Shown: positions 48,135 through 64,000 of the stretch, one piece after another | How the letters are laid out: every line of letters begins with the position of its first letter | Numbering within the stretch: position 1 is the first letter of the stretch | DNA from: Oculina patagonica | Lineage: Eukaryota | Assembly: GCF_052425735.1 (NCBI RefSeq) | Contig: NC_135758.1 | Location: 31,310,001 to 31,374,000 of the forward strand | DNA length: 64,000 nt | Reading direction: 5' to 3' | Notes under the pieces: generated by a model | The model's database searches: none | The model's input: only the letters and a program-made list of their open reading frames with translations | What the model was told of the DNA's origin: nothing | Position numbers and translations under genes: made by a program

Positions 48135-51100
48135 ATGTCACATGGAGGTCATTCACATCATGGAGGAATGGACGACAATTCAACGATGTCAATGCACGCA
48201 TCTACAGCCAAGATGAACCACTCTATGATGGGACATCACGGCGGCAGCGCTCATCAGGGCGGGCATGGTGAAACTGCAGGGCATGCGGTAAGCTGAGCTG
48301 TCAACTGCTAATATTTCTCTTAAATGGCGCAAATTAACCCCGTACATGCGGGTCTAGCTGGCAAATGGTGACATGTCTGGAATCAATAGGGTAGATGATT
48401 CATTGAAAATGTAAAATGAATCAGTATGTCATTTGTTAGCTTCCTACGCGGACGTTCTTTGGGAGAAACGCGTGACGAGCCCAAAGAACGCCTGCGTAGG
48501 AGGTGGTCATTTGTGAGATTGTTCTACAGTACTTTGTAAAGAACCAAAATAAACAGTTCTTCCGGTTCGTGGGCAAAACCGAGACGACGGCAAAAATTCC
48601 TGCAAAACAAGATTACCGAGTCTTAAACTAAGAAACCTGTCTCGTTATTTTCTGAATTCCGGAGAATCGGAACGTCAGCTGCCGTTGTAGATTCATTTGT
48701 TTGCTGGATAGGATTGTTTTCGTAATCACATTTAAACATTTGAACAAGTTCAAAAGTACTTGTAAACTGAAGCTTTAATGAACATTTGACTGAAACTCCG
48801 ACGAACGCTTCAGCAAAGAGAACACCAAAGCTACTCAGTGCCTCCAATTTCCTCAGGTCGACTCAGGGTTCGGACCCAAAAGCCTGGAGTTTTAAATGAA
48901 AGACGTGAATCCTTCATGCATGGTTTACGTACACACTAAAAGCCTTTATAATTTGCAACTAACCACACATTGAATCAGACACGTCTCAAATACTCATAAA
49001 AAAAAGCGGCCAAAATTGCTCTCAGCGAAATAGGATGTCAACAACAATATTGTCAAATTACAATATGCTTATTCCGAATGTTTCAAAACTTTTGCTCGGT
49101 GCACGTATGATGTACGTAGCAGCCGATATGTTTATTTAACGGTCGTGCTTCAATTGTAATGAATGATTGTTCAGTTTGTATAATAAATTGGATAACGCGG
49201 CCTTTTTCACCATCAACCACAGCCACGGTAATTTGTGGAGTTTCTATCGAAGAAGTTAGCACCCAGTCTAAAATGTCTAATATCTCCAGTGCGCAACGTT
49301 CAAGAATAATTTATAATCGTATGTGATCATTTTGGAAGTCATACAGAATCACAATCAAATAGGACAGGAAAAAAACTAGCTTTGAAATGTCTTGAAACTG
49401 TATGGAGTTCAATTTCAAATCCAATATATGATAATGTGTTTCGTGATGTAGACGTAATCCACTGGTGGTTAAGTGAGCAATTAGTGTTTTTAGACAAAAT
49501 GTGCTTTGTTACGACAACAAAGAGTGCACAGGATTAGATATAAATTAAGAGACATCAGTCAGCCATTAAACACAAAGATTAAAAAAAACACGTTTGGCAA
49601 ACTATACACACACGCACGAAAAAAAAATTAACTTTTAGTGAATGATGATATTGCAATTTTGAAAGTGTTCCAATTCAAATTGTATCTTATTGTTTGTTTG
49701 TTGGGAAAATATCACAAACAAACGTCATTGCATGATACCGAAACAACATAATATAACTACAATCTAAACAGAACTCATTTGTGGGCAATGACTTTGTATT
49801 TGTGGTCAAGACCGCTGAAAAACAGTGTGCAATATCTGACCGGGTTTTAATACATGACGTCATACAGTTTTTGTTCCCAGAGAAAATAACTCAGCTTTCT
49901 TATTTTTAAAAGCTATTCGCCTATTTTGAGATTGCGAACAGATCGAACAAGTGATTTGAATAATAATTTTTTCCTGCCAAGTTGACAGAATTTGCAGTAA
50001 ATAAATCCTGAGAAGTAAAAAAAAAAAAGTTACGATACTTGTAGCTTCTTATTCTTCACTGTGGTATCGTTTCCTGAAGTTAGTCAAGTGAAACACAAAC
50101 CACATAAGACCAAAGATAAACTATTTCTTCTTACAGACTAGCATAAATCCGAAACTTTCGACACAGTGAGAAAATGGACCTAGTGAAGGGCTGAATCGTG
50201 TTGAATTGTCTGGTGAATGGTCTCTGTATTTAGGTCCCTCGATTCGTTTCGCGTGTGTTGGGCCATTAGAAGGACTCATAAACTACTCAAATATTCGGCA
50301 TTGTCTTGTTGTTTGCTATTTGTATATTTTTTCTCTTGACTCTTAAGGAATAGTGTGTCTCACTATAAAGCAGTGTTCTGATTTTTCATATTTTACTTTT
50401 TAACAATTCAGTAAGAGCTTTTGCGCTGAAGGCTGGCCGATTAAGCTGTTTCAGTATATAGAACTTGCTGCAAGATCAGTTTTAGAAAGATATTATCCGT
50501 TTTTGTTTATAGAGTCCTGCAGTATCCTGCAGTACACTTTCCGTGATCTCAATTTTTTGGACGAACTCAGTAAAAGGAGATAAAATTTAACGTTTTTGCG
50601 ACTTTTTACATTGCGTGTTGTTTTGTTTGCCGGTTTTTTTTTCTTATTTGACTTGAACTATTTTAAACCTAAAGAAATTATCATCATCATGCCCTTGTTG
50701 TACGGTATGACGTACTCCGGATTTTCTTTTTTAATTAAACTGATATTGGTAAACCGCAAATGAGCAAGCATCTTTTCAGTTGGCCTTTCGTTCAGTAAAC
50801 AAAAATGTAATTTTTCAAACATCTCGTGTGTATAACAGAACTATACAAACTTTGCATTGCTCCAGTGTTTTCTGATTTCCACTAAAAGCCGATAAGCTGA
50901 CACGATCAATTGCCAGTTTTAGCCACAAAAAGACAATTGTCAATGCAAACACGATGATTTTGAATTTAAAAGAAGAAATATATCTGCTAGTTGGAAAGCT
51001 TAAGTTGACGAATCAGTTCATTTTTACAAGCCTTTGATGTTTGTACTTAAGGTCTCGAGATCAACAGTTCGTCAAACAAAACTGGCAGTTCACGTGATAG

Positions 51101-53607
51101 CCGTTTTTCCACCATTGTGGGTTTAATGCGAATATCTCGTTGGCGTTTCAAGCAATCCAAAAACTCTCTGCTCATTTCACAAATCTATGTTTTGCGGTGT
51201 TTTGTGAATTTTTGGGTGACTTTTGGGAGGAGATAATTTTTCTTAAAGGATTAGTAAATTTTAGAGGAATAAGAAATATTGGAGATTTTATGTGATTTTA
51301 AAATTAGAATTTGAAAGTGCACATACCTGAGCGTAGTGAGTCCAGTTCACTAATAAACATAATTATATTATGTGCCTCAGGTTTACACTATATACGTGTA
51401 TATATGTGTATGTACAAGTGCTTACTTTAGAATTTGAAGTTTAAAATTGGCAGACGGACACCAGTTAGTCCCCCTGACAACCAGGAGTGCTCTTGCGTGG
51501 GGGTCAAGCTTGTTTCAAAAACAATTTTCTTTCTCCTTTCCTTTCTTTTAACCCCCTTAAATTTCACTCAGATTCATATTTACCCCCGCCTTAATTCCCA
51601 CTTTGAAAGATTCTGTAAGTGCCGGACGCTTTTGTCACAAAAAACAAAACGCGTTAATTCAGCACTCTCATCTTCTTATTCTTAACCTAAGCCGTTAGAA
51701 AGATGAATAAACACTCGCAGAACAGGAAACGTTAACTGAAGGTTCAACATGTGCCTATTTTCTACCACCGTTCTCCGATCTATACATGCGCGAGTGGCAA
51801 GGCTACGAAAACGAGCAGAGAGGGCGAGCTAAGCGAGCCTGCGAGAAGGCTGGGGCGACTCGTACTCCAAGCTTCATCATACTCGCTCAGTACTACGTTA
51901 GGTACCAAGAGTGTCCACTGACGGTTCTATGATAGCAATCTATTTATTGTTGAGTTGAATTGCAATACTTTTGTGTTTATTTCTAGATGATGTTCCACCT
52001 CAGAACAGATCTCAACCTTTTGTTTGAACCCTGGGACATTTCCACGACAAAAGGTAAATATATTTTGGGCATATATTTTGTGATAGGAGATTTCCCGGAG
52101 GAATGCTTGCACATCATTCGGATGTTACAAAGATTGATGCTGACGCGACAAATGGAAAGAAGAAGCTCAGACTGCAAAACAGTCGTTTTTTCTCTAAAGT
52201 CGTTGGAAAAAGCGCTTATCGAAGGCGCGAAGCGCTGATCGTCTCGCGAGCCTCGCACGCCAGCGTCTCTCCCCAGTCTCACCCACAGTTTTGACATTGG
52301 CTCCAGACCTCTCGCTCTCGTTCGAATACCGAGCGCGTTCGCAAAAGATACAATGTTTCACGTCACTGTTGAGTTTCACAGGTTTTTTTACACCGAGGAT
52401 GAGCCAAAAAAACACACACACGCGAGTTGTTCCACCAAAAAGGTGATAAAAAGATGGCATGCGCCATTTAATCGCTTTTTTCTCTCCAATTTCAGTGTTA
52501 GTTGGTTCGTGTATTGCAGTGTTTTTCCTGTCTGCATTATATGAAGGCCTAAAAATCTTCAGAGCCAGGCTAATGAACATGCACACCAGAGCGTCGAGAC
52601 AAACCGACCAAGAGAAGGATGCCGTGCACATTATAGGACCTCGCCAGGGCTGTCGGTAAGGCAACTTGTTCATTACCGGCCCCAAACATAAATTGAAGCT
52701 TACCCCTTGGCATGTGAATACTCTTAGATTGTCATACATTTCTTTTTTCATGATATTTCTGAGAATTTGACGAAACATCAAGTCACCATGCCTAGTTTTT
52801 TTTTCGTTCTTTAACTCAATTTCCTCGCATCCGTTATTTGTGTCGTCACGCAGCACTGGGTGAGGCGTTGTGTGACGACTTAAACAAAGTCAAGCTGTCT
52901 GCGAGACAAGGTCTTTGAGTTGAATAAGAAGTTCGATGTAGATTTTTTTTTGGATTAAAAGATTGAACAACGCGAAACCAAAATATGAGATATAGCTGTC
53001 ACAGAGGGCACGCGATTTCGTAAAATATCTTCACACACGTAAATACTTGAATCTTTCCATATTTGTATGTGTGGTTGCTCTACCGAAAAGTTGCACCGTA
53101 GCGTAATTTTAAGTGCGTGCCGGGGTGGGAAGTTGAAAAGCAAGAAGACTGTGGGGGTGGGGGAGGCCGATGAGGTGCAAAAATCACCGGGTTCTTTATC
53201 TTCAGAATCTGTTTAATCAGTCAACTTTTCATCTAACTTTTTGATTTTCACGTCCATCTTTTTTCAGGCAAAACATATGCAGCTGCCATCACTTGACGCA
53301 GACCGTGATGCACGTAGTGCAAGTGGTGCTGGGTTACCTGCTCATGTTGGTGGTGATGACGTTTCAAGTTTATCTGGGAATTGCTGTTATACTTGGCGCG
53401 GGACTGGGCTACTTTTTATTCGCTGGATTAATCAGTGAAAATGTTCCAGGCGAACCCAAGTCTGGCCCTAACTCCACCCTGGAGAGTCCAGCAATCGTTC
53501 TCAAAGTGACAAATTTTGACGAAATCAGGAATGGACAACAACAAGAGAATTTGGAGAAACTAAGTTTTTCTGATTTGGCCGTTGAAAATAAGGGGTTTGA
53601 ATACTGA
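48135..53607 (+). CDS. SLC31A1: CTR/SLC31 copper uptake transporter. Exons: 48135-48287, 51987-52053, 52496-52655, 53268-53607
   Basis: His/Met-rich ectodomain; MMFH...LLFEPW; GSCIAVFFLSALYEGLK; MxxxM (MLVVM) followed by GxxxG (GAGLG); compatible splice phases. Assignment to CTR1 rather than CTR2 rests on the His/Met-rich N-terminus. Confidence 0.9.
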
Positions 53608-55821
53608 CCCTTCTGGTCTTGTTCTTATTAAAAAAAGAATAACACAGATAAGTGCTCTGAAAAATTCACTGTTGTAAAAATCAAGTCATTTTAATACCAT
53701 GTGGCACCAGCTTAATAAATTTGTAAATTACAATTAAGCCCACGGTAGAATCATTATCTTCCACTTTGAAAAAAGTGTAAAAAGCTACATAGCTGGAAGA
53801 AAATTATGTCCAAAGGACGCTAACAGCTAAATCAATAATAAAAATAAAGCTCGAGATTATAATTTCCTTATCCAATATCTTACTAAAAATTTGTATGTAT
53901 ATTATTTACTAGATCTATAAATAGCAAAGTTTGCAATCACAGCGAATTACCAGTTGTCTATGCACCAACACGGCTGTGAGAAGGATTAACCGTGACAAAG
54001 CCCACAAGGTATATATATTTTTCCATTAGAGTACTACATTTACGCCACAATAAATTCTTCCTAATGTCCTCACCCATCTTAGTATATCAACACCCAGTCA
54101 GAAGAAATGTAGAGACAATACCGAGTTTCCTCTTATGATCACTGTTCTTTGGCATTGTTGGGCTTAGGCCGTCCCCTCTGTTTTCTCCGTTTACCGTCGA
54201 ATGCGTTTCCTTAAAAACTTACATAAAATCAGGAGCACGCTGGAACTAAGAGCCTGGAAACAACGAAACGTGGTCACAAAATCAACATAGGAAGAAAAAA
54301 AGATCGATGTAGTAGTTAAACTCAGCCAAGAAAAGCGAAAACAGATGAACCACTAACACTATTTTGCGATCTGCGAACATCCACAACTTTCCAGCAACCG
54401 CTTGAATAGCAAGTCTTTGATTTTACTAATATAACAATTTTTTTTTTTGGAAAACCCCAATTTGGGTCAGTCGGACGACGGTTATCGGAGAAGACAAGGG
54501 GGGCGGCCTAATAGTGCTAAGAGGGACCCTCCATTAGGGACTGGACTACTTCATTAAAATGGGCTACGCTGATTCTACTTCAGTCAAGCGTACAGATTTC
54601 ATTTTGCAACGGCCGAATTAAGATGGGAAATCTGGAGTCAGGTGTCTACCACTTGATGGAACAGAACGGTTGGAATGACTGTTGAATAATGGTGTTCTTC
54701 CAAAAACAGCAAACCGACCAAAAGAGATGACGCTTACCATTTATAATTTAGTCTCTGGTTATTGTATTCCCTTAATAGGAGACTGGACACAGGAAAAATG
54801 GTCAAATGGTATAGAATTTCCCGACAGTTCGTACCAACGTAATGAAAGGACTACCTTAAAAAGTACTTCTCGATTTCCGAAAGGATTGTCCGGAAAATTA
54901 CTGTTCCATTTGCTTCCAAACGAAATTTTCGAGAGTTTTGGTTAAATGGTAAGCACCCCAGAGAATCAACTAAGCACGCAATGTCAGCCCCTTTCAGATT
55001 AGAGGCACGTGACATACCGTAGAATTCCGGTAAGCCCTGGTATACATTGTAGGGGTTTTGGGGGGAAAGGGGGGGGTAAGGGGGTAAGGGGAAAAAAAAA
55101 TAAGGTTAAATTAAAAAAATTGGGGGGGGGGGTGGGGGGGGGGGGGGGGGGTAAAGCTTCATTTGGCCAGCTGACGTCATAACATTCGAATCAGCCATTT
55201 GTTATCCTTTTATATTCATGTTAATCTGCCCTCCACGCCTTGCTCCAAGTAAAATTATTTGTTTTTTTTACACCTGCTAACAAGGCATAGAGGGCGGATA
55301 GCACGAACTCAAAGAAGAACAAATGGCTGGAAAAAGGTTTATTTCGTGATTGGATCTTGCGAACAACTTTCACTCCTTGACTTTTGAATTATTTTTTTTC
55401 CTTTAAAAACTTGCTGATATGACTATTCAAATGAAAGGTAATTGTTAGTACTTTCATTCAGTGCTGTTTATTATGCCGTATAACGTGGTTTAACTTCTCT
55501 TCAAAGTTTGAAAACGAATTGAAATAAAAGCTATTGCGCAGTACCTTGTGCTTACCAGCTACAAAAGTTGGTACTAACATTTACGCTAACTTGTGGACGA
55601 AACTCTACTGTGTGGCCATTCCAATGAAAGCTGTCGGGCAGTACTTTCACGCGCTGATTGTTGTTTAAATTATTCATTTACCTATTTTAATTTTTAAATT
55701 GTTATTTTTCGTAAAAATGGAATTTGTACGCTCACCTTGTTTATCTATCCTCACTAGGCTGGCAATCTGTCCAACTTTCAAACTATTCTGTTTCTCAAAC
55801 TACTGACGCTGGCAAATTCAT

Positions 55822-62558
<6,737 letters not shown>

Positions 62559-64000
62559 GTTGTCTTGCAAGTTGAACGGCCTGCACCTCTAGACTACTTC
62601 TTCGCCTTACGAAGTCTGCGTGAAATCACAGAGCTTCTTTTGCGTAAGTAGTGCCACGAGACTAGTGCTAGTCCCTCGCAGGTATTGAGCAATTTTCCGC
62701 ACGAAGAAAATAAAGCCTTATCATTTACGACGAAAAGATACGGACGAGAGAACCATAGGACCATTCACAAGGGAAAAAAGGATTAAAGGTTTTAATTATC
62801 TCTTACAAGATGCAGTCTTCGCTTCAATCAAGAATATAACAGCACAAATTGTCATGTCACACAACGTTATCGCGTGACGTGGGCCGTGACTCAATCGCGT
62901 GACAGTTCGCAAATGGGGCAAGCTGCCAATGTTGTGAAAAGATCCAAAATGTTGTTTTTCTTCGGCCAACATTTTAAGAAGTCTTCGCTTTTATATAAAT
63001 ATGCCAAGTGAAATGCTACATTGTTACTTTGTAATACGAAACACGATGTTTGCTGTTCTAAAATCCAGGCCTGCAAATTAGCACGTTCTTCTTGTCATTC
63101 TTGGCACCTGCGTGAACAAAGTCACGGCCGGAAGTGGTATTTCATTCAGTTCTTAACGTAAACAACAAGGCACCCGGAATTAGTATTTGCTTCTGTTGTA
63201 AACAACACGGCCGAAAGTGTATTTGCTTCTGTTTTTAGCAATACTCTTGAACTGTTAAACAATCTCTGGTTTAATTCTGTCGCAGTTGGCAGTAAGACTT
63301 CATTTTAATGTTTATTGTCTTTCTTCTTTCCTCTACCGGCGCGTTCATTTTGTGCTTTAATTTTATTTTCTAATTAAGCTAAAGCGGATACGTGTTGTGA
63401 ACTGGTGCTTTTTTGCTCGCTTTGATATTGCTTATTACTGGACGTGGGATCGACCTCTCAGTATTGGAAAAATACTGGTGAAGTCTTTAATTTTAAATTG
63501 ACAACAAAAAAAACGAGAAAATTTTTTTTTTTTTTTTTTTGTATTTAATTTGAATGAAATGTTTTGTTAAAACAAAGTTGTCTGGTAGACATCGACGTAA
63601 AATAATGGAAATCAAACCTATTTAAGGACGGTGCCTCCTTTTCTCCCTTTCCTCGCCGCGCCGACTTAAGACGTCTTTGTATTGCAATATCGACCAATAT
63701 CGGACCGCAGACCAGTTCTAAATTTGGATCATGTATTAGGCCGCGCTCAGTGGTTGTAACGTCATTTTACACGATGCTTTGTAAACACAGTTAAAATGCA
63801 TTTTCAGTATTTCGTTGGCTCTATCGATTGTATAACCTGTTCAAAACACTCAACTAAAAAAGTTGAGAGAATTCGCGGTGAGTACCCACCTATGTAAACA
63901 CCAGCCAGCGGCAACTCCCTGAACTCTCTCTCTTCCGCGCGCCCTTTATCGGGGTTGAACCTAGGCGCGACTCTCTCTTCTCGCGCCTGGGTTTAACCCC

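Noticed and set aside
49522-49528. Metal-response-element core (TGCACTC, minus strand) in CTR intron 1
   Set aside because: A single degenerate 7-mer is expected by chance.
52194-52856. 220-aa ORF antisense to CTR exon 3
   Set aside because: Spans intronic repeat sequence and the antisense of a real exon; no domain features.
63951-64000. GC-rich hairpin at the window end
   Set aside because: Probably part of a small MITE cut by the window edge; not a terminator and not classifiable.

Overview
Eukaryotic, AT-rich, intron-containing animal DNA. The gene and repeat style suggests an anthozoan such as a stony coral, but this is inference. The left 35 kb is a tandem segmental duplication (copy 1 = 1..~24260, copy 2 = ~25486..34810). 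Each copy carries a small secreted single Sushi/CCP-like-domain gene (+) facing a promethin/LDAF1-like gene (-), and each has its own set of transposon insertions. These include two CR1/L2-type LINEs, an L1/Tx1 LINE, a spliced gag-like element, a 5.7-kb TIR element with a 70-bp minisatellite and a ~0.87-kb palindrome of tRNA-like units, and many MITEs. The right 29 kb holds three conserved multi-exon genes: MFSD5 (molybdate-anion transporter, +, 15 exons), a CTR/SLC31 copper transporter (+, 4 exons) and ALDH9A1 (-, 7 exons). The most notable signals are two insertions with the same asymmetric fold-back architecture and 11-13-bp TSDs. One carries mirror-image minimal hammerhead ribozymes (Penelope-like) in an ALDH9A1 intron; the other is built from tandem tRNA-like 264-bp units. 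Also notable are a self-captured exon-1 fragment in MFSD5 intron 6 and the small secreted Sushi-like protein that the ORF track misses. All coordinates were read by eye and may be off by a few bases.
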